Source of the DNA: Halalkalibacterium halodurans
Lineage (GTDB): Bacteria > Bacillota > Bacilli > Bacillales > Bacillaceae_D
DNA: 32,000 bases
Assembly (NCBI RefSeq): GCF_004376175.1
Contig: NZ_SNUY01000015.1
Location: forward strand, 1-32,000
Direction: 5' to 3'
Both the position numbers and the translations under genes were made by a program. Shown here piece after piece: positions 1 through 8,370 of the stretch (position 1 is the first letter of the stretch; every line of letters starts with the position of its first letter). The notes under the pieces are model-generated. The model made no database searches. It was not told the DNA's origin and saw nothing but the letters and a program-made list of their open reading frames with translations.

Positions 1-510
1 GCCCTTGATTGACCTCTGAATAAACCATTGGTGTGTTTGTCAAGAGCGATAGCGTGGCATTTCCACCTAATAAATGGTAGGTAGTATGAACCGTGCTAGT
101 TTTTCATAGAACTTTTGACACTACCCGAGGGGGCTCATCTCGGTTCGGTCTTGCTGATGCCCTTGCTTGTTTGCTGTCTGATTAAATGCGTTGGCATACG
201 GATCATGCAAAATGTAGCGCCATTGCCGCTCGATCACCCCTTTGATCAACCGAGCCATATCAGCATCTTCCTTCACGACCGTCAAATAAGGACGGACTTG
301 CGCGCTCGAGTCTCGCAACCACATGGCGGGAATATCGCCTGTGACGACGAAGGTTCCTTGCTCATCTTCCTGTATGGTCGTTAAATACGTATTCAAAAAA
401 CATTGTTCAAACAATGTTTGCAGCTCTTGATCGTCTGCATAATGTTCCTTTACTTGATCGATGATCGCTTGCAACGATCGCGGTATTTTTCTTTCAGCAG
501 CCATCTCCAT
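1..510 (-). pseudogene. GH125 (DUF1237) exo-alpha-1,6-mannosidase, 5' part, interrupted by in-frame stop codons
   Basis: The ORF at 121..510 carries the GH125 signature TGDIPAMWLRDS and DPYANAFN, but stops after 129 aa at TAG 121-123; family members are roughly 430 aa from memory. The same frame continues CQKFYEKLARFILPTIY to a second TAG at 67-69, and the rest runs off the window. Only fragmentary similarity remains after the first stop. Confidence 0.55.
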
Positions 511-519
511 GTCTCCCTT

Positions 520-3212
520 TTATTCAAATCGTAACGTCACGATTTCTTGTGGTCGAACCTCTATCTGTACATTTCCCGTTCCAAGCTTCTCTATTTGTTC
601 TTCTAAAATGGTGCAACGGTAAATCTGTAAAAAGTGCGTAGACTGCACGATTAGCGCTTCGCCCTCACGCTTAGGGTTGAACCAGCGAAGAATCATCCCA
701 CGGCCATCCATTGTCGGCTTACACGCTGTTAATACAAGCCCTTCTCCTGACCATTGGAAAAGGTTTGTTGCATGAGGAAGGGGACCCATGCTTTGTTCTG
801 TTTGGATCACCGTCGGTTCCACGGGGTCATCATAGGCAGCCACATAGACATTTGCCGATAGAACATCCCCTTTATGTGGTAAAAGGACGAATTGCGCTTC
901 ATTTTGTCCAAAACATTGAGCCTCAGGTGTTTCAAACAGACCCCAATCACCAAGTTCTCCGACTGAGCGGAGCAGCGTAACAGCGATGCTATCACTTACA
1001 ATCTCGTATTCATGCAAGCCCTTCGTTGCAATCGTTAGCCCGTACTCCCCATTATCTAAACTGACCAGTCGTTGCATATGGTGATCAAAGGCTGGATTTT
1101 GCCATTTCGGATCTGGTGTATTCGGACGCTCTACGATTTCGTAGATGCTGTCCGCATAATGGTTGCCGCGGGCTCTTTCTACTGGAAAAAGAGCTCTCAT
1201 TCGGTGGTCCTTTGCCGTATTGTCGATGTTCACGTTCACCTTTAATCCTTTTGCTCCTTGTTCTAACGTCAATTCCGTGCGCAGCGTGATGTCCGTTCGT
1301 TCCTTAGATCTACCTGCCTTTCTGTCAGGATGCCACACTAACCGTTCCTGCTCCTCCTTCAATCGTTCGTCAGCTGCCGCTGGAACAGAGAGCGTCTGGC
1401 AAATCTCAACCGTCGCACATAATGAATTGTTTTCAATGATTCGGATCGATGCCTCACACGCCTCAGTCGTATAGCGAACCCCATCAGATGAAGCTTTGAA
1501 CATATATTCATTGCCAATGTCGCCCACATCTTCATATATTCCTAAGTGACGATATTCGAACCCTGTCGTTTTATCAAGAATAGAGTAGCTCCCATTTCGA
1601 TGAATCATCACCTTCATCGCTTCGTTTTCCAGCGTGTTCATAGACGGATCGCCAATCAACTCTTTTCGTGCCTCTGTTTGTTTCTCTTCAACCGGGACAA
1701 GAAAGCCACACTCGTATCCGAGATAAAGGTCAGAATCATATGAAAAGGTGACTTCTAATTCTCTCGCATAATACGGTCGTCTAAATCCGTCTCTTGGCAG
1801 ATCATAACCGAAGCGAACACCTGCATCTTGCACTTCGATAGGAACGCTTCCTTTGTTCGGGAATTCTAGCCGGTATGTCGGCATCACAATCTCTTTCAAG
1901 CGATCGGGAATATGACGAAAATCCATCTCGTCAAAGTAGATTTTTTCATAGCAACTTTGTGACGGACAACTCTCTTTCCAGACGTTCCGTTCGTCTTCAA
2001 CACAACGAGAGGAATAGCCTCCTCTGAATCATGTAAGGTGTTTATTTGGGTAGCGATTTCCTTTCCCTGCTCCGCAATAAATGTCGTCGCTCCGGCCTCT
2101 ACCTTCTCAAACCGCGTCTTCATTTCGCGGTGAACCGCATCAATGCTACAGCCGCAAATACTGTCATGGGGATGGTTTTCCATTAATAGCTTCCAATAAT
2201 ATTCGGAAAAATCACGATGAAGAGATTTGTTTTCAACTAGAAGACCCATCGGTTCCAATACGTTTGTCAAAAGTGTTTGGCAACGATCATTCGCCTGTTT
2301 CAAATAGATTCTCGCTGAAGCTGTATTGACGAGTGTTGACCAACCATCCGTCTTCTGGTTCCGCAACTCCCCTGTAATTTTTTGTAACTCCTTCGGTAGC
2401 TCTTCCTTTATTTGTGTGAGATAATCGTGAAAATTAGAATGCTTAAACGCTACATCGGGAAATAACGTTTCCGCCACTTTAATGGCTTGAGTGACATCCT
2501 TTTGGACTGGCTGATGATCACAGCCGTTCATAAACAATAACTGTGAAGTAGAGGCAAATCTCTCGGCGTCTCTGAGCTTTTTCACCCAAAATGTCTGCGC
2601 CTCGTCTTCGTCCGTTGGAATTTCGTTTCCATTTGAATACCAGTTTGCAAGCAAAATCCCTAATACTTGTGATCCGTCAGGCGCTTCCCAAATTAATTCA
2701 GAAAAGGGCGACGAATAGTCATCGTGCTGTACTTGGTTATTGAACCCCGTCGGCGTCACACCCCTCCCAAAAACCGCCGCACGGATACCTGCTTGTGCTA
2801 ACAATTGGGGCGCCTGACCGTAAATACCAAACGTATCGGGAAAGTAGCCAATTTGCTCTCTTTTCTGTCCAAAAGTCTCCGTATCTTTTATCCCGTACAA
2901 TAGATTTCGTACATTGGCTTCAGCGCTTGTTAAGAAAGCATCCTGCAAAATATACCAAGGGCCGATCACCAATCGACCGTCTTGAATATATTTTCTAACT
3001 TCCGCCTCTTTTTCTGGCCGAATGTTTAAATAGTCTTCGAGCATAATCGTTTGCCCGTCCATATGAAAGCTTCGAAAGTTCGGATCTGTAGCAAATAGCT
3101 CTAACAAGTCATCCATTAGTTGAATTAAATAGTAACGATGGCATTCGAATGGCATGTACCATTCTCGATCCCAATGGGAATGGGAAATAATATGGGCTGT
3201 TTTTTTCATCAT
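520..3212 (-). pseudogene. GH38 alpha-mannosidase, split into two ORFs by a 1-nt frameshift in a homopolymer
   Basis: ORF 1896..3230 has the classic GH38 N-terminus MKKTAHIISHSHWDREWY; the likely start is ATG 3212, after GGAGAGAGAGGA. ORF 520..1926 is the GH38 central/C-terminal part. The C-terminal frame is open upstream of its first ATG. The two frames meet at the run A6 (plus-strand T6, 1941-1946). One extra A would give the continuous reading ...HKVAMKKIYFDEMDFRHIP... Confidence 0.8.
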
Positions 3213-3244
3213 ACAATCCTCTCTCTCCACTAAAGCTGATCCAG

Positions 3245-3859
3245 TTATTCATTTACTCGAAACTGACGAAAACGATTTAATGCCACTTTCATCACCCAAA
3301 AAGCCGGTAGCGTGCCTAGCGCAAAAGGGATTAATCCGGGCATCTGATAAAGTAAAAAACCGATAACCGTTAGCCCGAGACCGATTAAAATATTTTGCTT
3401 CAAACTTATGAGTGTAATAATGAAAGGCTGCCATAAATACTGTTTCACCGTTTGCTCAAAATGGACATAGTACGAAAACATGTAGAAAAACGAAAATACA
3501 TAAATGACAAGACATGTGATAATGACGATCGTACTAATGAGAGCGATGATCCCCTTTAATTGCGTAACCAAATAAAGATCGAAAACTAACAAGGCACCAA
3601 GGAACAGATACACTGAGCCAATTCCGTTCATTTTCCAAAAGTTTATTCTATAAAACGTATGAAATGACTTCCAAATGGGAAGATCTAATTCCCCGTGCAA
3701 CCATCTCCTCGTCGTTGCAAACAATGCTCCTGTTGCAGGAAACAAGCCAAGAACGACGCCCCCTAATAAAATGTGAGCGAGCCACGCCCAATTCAACTGC
3801 ATCATTCGCCAAATCCAAAAACTCGCCTCGGTGAAAAATCCCCCTAAACGATTAATCAT
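3245..3859 (-). CDS. YesL-family (DUF624) integral membrane protein
   Basis: MINRLGGFFTEASFWIWRMMQLNWAWLAHILLGGVVLGLFPATGALFATTRRW is a typical DUF624 N-terminus, followed by several TM segments. The strong RBS GGGGGAGGGG precedes ATG 3859, and the upstream part of the tracked ORF overlaps the ROK gene. The 8-nt overlap with the ROK stop suggests co-translation. Confidence 0.7.
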   Translation of the reverse strand: MINRLGGFFTEASFWIWRMMQLNWAWLAHILLGGVVLGLFPATGALFATTRRWLHGELDLPIWKSFHTFYRINFWKMNGIGSVYLFLGALLVFDLYLVTQLKGIIALISTIVIITCLVIYVFSFFYMFSYYVHFEQTVKQYLWQPFIITLISLKQNILIGLGLTVIGFLLYQMPGLIPFALGTLPAFWVMKVALNRFRQFRVNE

Positions 3860-4760
3860 CGCCCCTCCCCCTTTGATGTTCGTCGAGCCACCGTTTCGCT
3901 GCTCCGAACAATTGAGCCTGATCAAGATGCTCACAGAGAGCCAAGGAAGGCTTTATTGTTGCCTCCTGACGTCCTGCAAAAATGTCAGCCAGCCGTTTCT
4001 CAAGCTCCTTCATAAACCCAGGCTGTCTCGTAATTCCACCGCCTATGAAAATCTTTTCTGGATCCAACATATATTGCAGGTTAAACACACCCACCGCTAA
4101 CGATTGAAAAAAGACGTCGATTGACTCTTGTGCCTTCTTATGGCCTTTCGCCGCTTCCTCAAACGCAAGATATCCCGTCCATCGCTCATCATGAGGGGGT
4201 TCCCCTTTCAGCCGTTTAACGATGGCGACTGACGAGCCGATTTCACTCCACGATTTGGAATCGCCTCTCTCATCTACATTCATGATCGCATAACCGAATT
4301 CGCCACCGTGTAAATGGGCTCCGCGTCGGAGCTTCCCGTCAAGGACAAAAGCGCCACCGATCCCCGTTCCGCACACAATGCAGGCAAATGTGCTCACACC
4401 TTGTGCTGCCCCATTCCATCCTTCGGCGATCGCCGCACAGTTTGCATCATTCTCCATCGCTACAGGAAGTCCATATGTTTCTTCAAGCGTTCGCTTCAAA
4501 TTGTTCTCATGAACAAATTCAACTGCACTAGAACCGAGAACGTCACCAGTGGATGTGACACTTCCCGGACAGCTCATCGCGATGCCGATAATGTTGTAAC
4601 GCTGACTAAACCTTTCATAATATTCATCTACCATCTGACAAAAGATCGGTAAGCTGCTCGGTGTCGGCTGCTCGATTTTTTCAACCAATTGAGCACGGAC
4701 TGAAACGAGTGCCATTTTTGTAAATGTGCCCCCTATATCAATCGTTAACAAGTACGCCAT
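3852..4760 (-). CDS. ROK-family sugar kinase
   Basis: It has the N-terminal ATP-binding motif LLTIDIGGTFTK, plus DANCAAIAE and CGTGIGG and ROK-type glycine-rich blocks. GAGGG lies 6 nt before ATG 4760; ATG 4766 is the alternative start. Confidence 0.8.
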   Translation of the reverse strand: MAYLLTIDIGGTFTKMALVSVRAQLVEKIEQPTPSSLPIFCQMVDEYYERFSQRYNIIGIAMSCPGSVTSTGDVLGSSAVEFVHENNLKRTLEETYGLPVAMENDANCAAIAEGWNGAAQGVSTFACIVCGTGIGGAFVLDGKLRRGAHLHGGEFGYAIMNVDERGDSKSWSEIGSSVAIVKRLKGEPPHDERWTGYLAFEEAAKGHKKAQESIDVFFQSLAVGVFNLQYMLDPEKIFIGGGITRQPGFMKELEKRLADIFAGRQEATIKPSLALCEHLDQAQLFGAAKRWLDEHQRGRGDD

Positions 4761-4788
4761 CTTCATCCCTCGTTCCACTTAGAATTAT

Positions 4789-4803
4789 AGAAATCGCTTA
4801 CAT
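4789..4803 (-). promoter_or_regulatory. CcpA cre box upstream of the ROK/YesL/GH38 gene string
   Basis: The minus strand reads ATGTAAGCGATTTCT, which matches the cre consensus WTGNAANCGNWNNCW at every constrained position. It abuts a TATAAT hexamer (4784-4789, minus strand). Confidence 0.55.
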
Positions 4804-5076
4804 CCTTTTTGTCTATCTTAGCGAGAAAGAGGCAAAGTTTGAACACGAATGATCTAAATCATTTAAAATGCACATGAAAACTTTAAAATTGACAAGGTTT
4901 ATGGAAAAGCACAAAGCACCGACTTAAAACGGAGCGACTGATCGAAGCACGGATATAAAGGAATGTGATGAGATGTTGCACCGATAGGAATGTTTAGAGG
5001 AGTCGCCTCGTTTTTGACGCCTGCACTAGGCGTCACCAGGTTCTTTACAAAAGGCAAGCTTTCATAAAGAGTAAAC

Positions 5077-5104
5077 AAAAAATAGAGAGGGTCTCCCCCC
5101 TCTA
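5077..5104 (-). terminator. Rho-independent terminator of the GH85 gene
   Basis: The minus strand reads TAGAGGGGGG-AGA-CCCTCTCTA, a 9-bp stem including one G-U pair, followed by TTTTTT. It begins 14 nt after the GH85 stop. Confidence 0.75.
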
Positions 5105-5117
5105 TCGAATGATCCAA

Positions 5118-7781
5118 CTAGAACCCGTGAGCCTCGAATTCATAAATTCGTGCCGCTTGATCGCCACCTTGTGTCGGTTTATCGATCAACAATCTTACAT
5201 ACCGGGCGCTCTCCAATGGAATGGAATGCTCGCTTGTTGCCTTTGTATTATTTACTACTTCGACAACCGGCTTCCACGATTCGCCGTTTATACTCGTTTC
5301 GATCGTATAGGCCTTTGTATTAAAGGCTGCTGGTTCTCCTCCTGCTTCCGCATGCTTAAGTACAAATTTCGCGATCGTGTAGACCTCTCCTAAATCTACT
5401 TGTAACCATTGATTTGTGCCTATAGCACACCATTTGCTGTTGTCAGATACGTTGCCGTCCACCGCCTTGTCTGGTCCTTCGCTTGACGCACATTGGCCAC
5501 TTGCTGTCGCTTTTTTCTGCAACGCAAGATTCGTCATCCTTGCCGCCTCTTCTGTAATCGTCACAAAGTTTTCGCGTATGAGAACATCTTCTCCTTCACT
5601 ATTTTTTGCCACGAGCTTGACGGAATATGTCCCTTCCTCCTGATAAACAATGACTGGATTCAGTTCATCGCTTCTATTCGGTTGACCACCTTCAAACGTC
5701 CATTCCACCGATTCCGTTACCTCGGAGGAATGATTGAAAAACTGAATCGACTCACCAGGTGCTGCAACCGTTTGGCTAACTGAAAAATCGGCTCTCGGCT
5801 TCGGGTATGGTGGCCACTCAAACGTTACCCGCGTACCAGATGGACGACTCGCAAACGTTTCGCTAACAGGAACGACTTCGAGCGTAGTTGCCTCTTCCTT
5901 CCCAACTCTTTTAAGCTTGGAAAGGTAATAAACATTGTTAGGTGTTGCACCTAGAAATTGTTTTTCACCGCTTGCCAGTTGACGATAAAGTTCATAATGA
6001 CGAACATTTTCGCCTCCTGTCCACTCAAGCGAAAGATCAGCATAAATTCCATCCTCAAACGAATGATTGCTCACCTTTACTTCAGTGACCTCTGGTGGCA
6101 CCTGTTGATTGTCATGCTTGTTGCTTATTTTTAATTCACCCACATAAAGGTGGTAATCGGTGATTCGCTGATCGCTCTCCACATAGAGTGATATGGCGGC
6201 GATTTGTTTCCCTTTGTGCTTTTTCAGCTTCACTTTTTCCGTCACCCACTCATGATCACCTTGCTTCTTCAAGTCAAAAAAGATAAACTCATCTGGATCG
6301 TCAAGGAAACTAATCCCTACCTTTAGTCCGTGTTTTTTCACAGGCGTTTTGTAGGTGAGTTGAATCTCTGTATCTTTTTCTATTAATAGATTGGTTTTAT
6401 AGAGCTTGACGTTTGTTGCGTTTTCTTTCGATAAGTCTCCTGATAGTTTCAGAGAGCTCCCTCCGTAAAATGATTCTCCCCAATCAAAGTCTACCGTTAG
6501 AGGCGTTCCGCCGCTTTCAGCCATCCATCTCCATGTTGGCAAAAGGTCTTGCAAGCTCCGATTGTTCCAAGATGCATCCGATTTGGTTTTACCATTGATC
6601 GCAAAAAATTGTCCGCTTCCCGTATTGAAATGGGTCACAAACGGTAGTTCATTAATGACCGTCTTCTCAGGAAAATAAGTAGCCATCCCTTTCCACTCCG
6701 CGTGTTCATCGACTTTAGCTGGATTTCTAGATGGACCGACCCAAAAGAGTTGTTCCCGATCATAGAAATCGCGCATCGTATCAGATGACTTAAAGGCCCA
6801 ATCCGGTCTGTAGATCCCCAGTGATGTGTGCGGCTCGCCACCTTCTGGAAACACTTGTTGCCAATTTACGTAAGTGTTCGTGCCATTAGCCTCTACATCA
6901 ATGCCTGCATATAAATCGTAAGGACTTCTTCCAAGCGATGCTGCTTTCTGTTTTGATCGTTCTTGGCTATGATTCCACCACCAAAAATTGAGAAACATAC
7001 TGTCAGCAACTTTTCGATTTCCAGCTTGAAAGAACATTGCATTTTCGTCGGTTAAATAGTTTTGCCAGCGAATGTCTCCATTCGAAATCATTGAGTCATA
7101 CCACATAATGTGCATTCCTTCTGGCTTATTTTCCTGAAGATAAAGGAGAAATTCCTGCATGTCCTTTGCTGTTTCAGGTGTCCCTCCTTCTGTTTCTTGG
7201 TTAATAAACCAACCATCAAATCCGTAGTATTCGGCTACTTCTAACAACTTATCCGCAGCCGGAAATGATCCGTCCTCCCCACGCGCAAGCATCTTGTCAA
7301 CCCATTCTTCTTGTCCCCCGTAAACTTTCGGTGGGAAAAACACGTTCCCTAAAATAGGCACGCCGTTGCGGTGAGCGGCATCAATGACGTCACCACTTGG
7401 CGGCGTAATGATTCCTTCACCGGCAGAACCTGCCCAATACACCATTAAATCAACGTATTGCCAAAAGCCGAACGTGTTGGCAAAAAATTCATTTCCTCCT
7501 TGGGAAGGAACGCCACTCGTATTGGGATTTAATGCGGATAAGGCCACAAGCTTAGCGTCCGTTTGCTGAATATCGTTCACGGTATACAGCACTTCCCGCT
7601 CACGAAGAGGAATGGAACTTCGGTTAAAGCGCGCATCAGGATCCGTCTCCGGACTCCAATCGAGCAACGTTTCAGGATACCAATATGAAGACTCAGGCTG
7701 ACTTGCAAACCCTTGACTCGGCAGCAACACGAGAATCAACACCGCAATAAACACAAAGGAAAAGACACTACCTTTTTTCAA
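5118..7781 (-). CDS. Secreted GH85 endo-beta-N-acetylglucosaminidase with PKD and F5/8 type C (CBM32-like) domains
   Basis: The signal peptide is MKKGSVFSFVFIAVLILVLLPSQGFASQ. The GH85 catalytic block is GFDGWFINQETEG (N-x-E). A PKD-like module (ADFSVSQTVAAPGESIQFFNHS...GTYSVKLVAKNSEGED) and a C-terminal discoidin module (WLQVDLGEVYTIAKFVLKH...ARYVRLLI...IYEFEAHGF) follow. The start is TTG, preceded by AAGGTGGGGTG. Confidence 0.85.
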   Translation of the reverse strand: MKKGSVFSFVFIAVLILVLLPSQGFASQPESSYWYPETLLDWSPETDPDARFNRSSIPLREREVLYTVNDIQQTDAKLVALSALNPNTSGVPSQGGNEFFANTFGFWQYVDLMVYWAGSAGEGIITPPSGDVIDAAHRNGVPILGNVFFPPKVYGGQEEWVDKMLARGEDGSFPAADKLLEVAEYYGFDGWFINQETEGGTPETAKDMQEFLLYLQENKPEGMHIMWYDSMISNGDIRWQNYLTDENAMFFQAGNRKVADSMFLNFWWWNHSQERSKQKAASLGRSPYDLYAGIDVEANGTNTYVNWQQVFPEGGEPHTSLGIYRPDWAFKSSDTMRDFYDREQLFWVGPSRNPAKVDEHAEWKGMATYFPEKTVINELPFVTHFNTGSGQFFAINGKTKSDASWNNRSLQDLLPTWRWMAESGGTPLTVDFDWGESFYGGSSLKLSGDLSKENATNVKLYKTNLLIEKDTEIQLTYKTPVKKHGLKVGISFLDDPDEFIFFDLKKQGDHEWVTEKVKLKKHKGKQIAAISLYVESDQRITDYHLYVGELKISNKHDNQQVPPEVTEVKVSNHSFEDGIYADLSLEWTGGENVRHYELYRQLASGEKQFLGATPNNVYYLSKLKRVGKEEATTLEVVPVSETFASRPSGTRVTFEWPPYPKPRADFSVSQTVAAPGESIQFFNHSSEVTESVEWTFEGGQPNRSDELNPVIVYQEEGTYSVKLVAKNSEGEDVLIRENFVTITEEAARMTNLALQKKATASGQCASSEGPDKAVDGNVSDNSKWCAIGTNQWLQVDLGEVYTIAKFVLKHAEAGGEPAAFNTKAYTIETSINGESWKPVVEVVNNTKATSEHSIPLESARYVRLLIDKPTQGGDQAARIYEFEAHGF

Positions 7782-7855
7782 CGTTCACCCCACCTTTTTT
7801 GTGGCATCGTCCAGAGAACGGATTGCCCTATAAAAATGCTAAATGCACACACCTA

Positions 7856-7870
7856 ATGTAAGCGCATTCA
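7856..7870. promoter_or_regulatory. CcpA cre box in the GH85 upstream/leader region
   Basis: ATGTAAGCGCATTCA matches WTGNAANCGNWNNCW at all constrained positions. It lies 75-89 nt upstream of the GH85 start. Confidence 0.6.
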
Positions 7871-7925
7871 CTCAGATCGTAGTAAAGCTCCTTCAAGGCG
7901 TCAATCCGCCTTGGCCAATCCCTTT

Positions 7926-7970
7926 AATTTTTGTAGCAAAAATTAACTTTGTCCATTCTAAGATAGTCAA
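7926..7970 (-). promoter_or_regulatory. Candidate sigma-A promoter (TTGACT-17-GTTAAT) overlapped by a perfect 8-3-8 palindrome (operator candidate)
   Basis: On the minus strand, the -35 TTGACT is at 7970-7965 and the -10 GTTAAT at 7947-7942. The palindrome AATTTTTG-TAG-CAAAAATT spans 7926-7944 and overlaps the -10 and the likely transcription start. Confidence 0.35.
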
Positions 7971-8005
7971 GCCTTAATGATAGAAGCGCAACTTTCTTAA
8001 AGTGT

Positions 8006-8041
8006 AAAAAGCAGCTAATCAAATAACACTTGATCAGCTGC
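8006..8041 (-). terminator. Rho-independent terminator (minus strand)
   Basis: The minus strand reads GCAGCTGATCAA-gtgttat-TTGATTAGCTGC, a 12-bp stem with one mismatch, followed by TTTTT. It separates the small ORF 8076..8255 from the GH85 promoter region. Confidence 0.7.
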
Positions 8042-8075
8042 TCATCTCTACCTCAGACCTTTCGGCTAAGATTTT

Positions 8076-8255
8076 TCAACACCAAGGAATTTTTTCCAAT
8101 AAAAACGAAACTTGTTTATAAAAGAAATCGTCTTCCGCCTTAAGCTTATTTACGCGAGGGTCACACTTTTTTCTTGGCGAAGAAATATTAGGTACTCTTC
8201 CTCTAATTGTTGCTTCATAATTATGTAGAAAAGCTCTGGGATTGTCATCGTTCAT
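8076..8255 (-). CDS. Hypothetical small protein (59 aa)
   Basis: The RBS AGAGGTGG precedes ATG 8255 (MNDDNPRAFLHNYEATIRGRVPNISSPRKK...), and the ORF is followed 35 nt later by the terminator at 8006-8041. I recognised no family. Confidence 0.3.
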   Translation of the reverse strand: MNDDNPRAFLHNYEATIRGRVPNISSPRKKCDPRVNKLKAEDDFFYKQVSFLLEKIPWC

Positions 8256-8337
8256 TCCACCTCTGAGCACGGTGGTAGCATTTTTCTTTCCAAATCGAAT
8301 AAGTCTATATGGGAACAAATACATACGACTAAAGTTG

Positions 8338-8346
8338 TGCTATAAT
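8338..8346 (+). promoter_or_regulatory. Extended -10 promoter element (TGcTATAAT) for the histidine kinase gene
   Basis: TGCTATAAT at 8338-8346 lies about 12 nt upstream of the RBS AGGAGGTG. The -35 is weak. Confidence 0.4.
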
Positions 8347-8370
8347 TGAACTAGATAGGAGGTGAGTCTA

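Noticed and set aside
1941-1946. Programmed -1 ribosomal frameshifting at the A6 run in GH38
   Set aside because: The zero-frame context is G-AAA-AAA-T, not a dnaX-like A-AAA-AAG heptamer. I saw no downstream stimulatory structure or upstream SD-like element. A simple homopolymer indel is more parsimonious.
4899-5117. A 72-aa minus-strand ORF downstream of GH85
   Set aside because: Its start overlaps the GH85 terminator hairpin, and it has no RBS. The region also holds small hairpins (5004-5035) without convincing U-runs, so they were not called as terminators.
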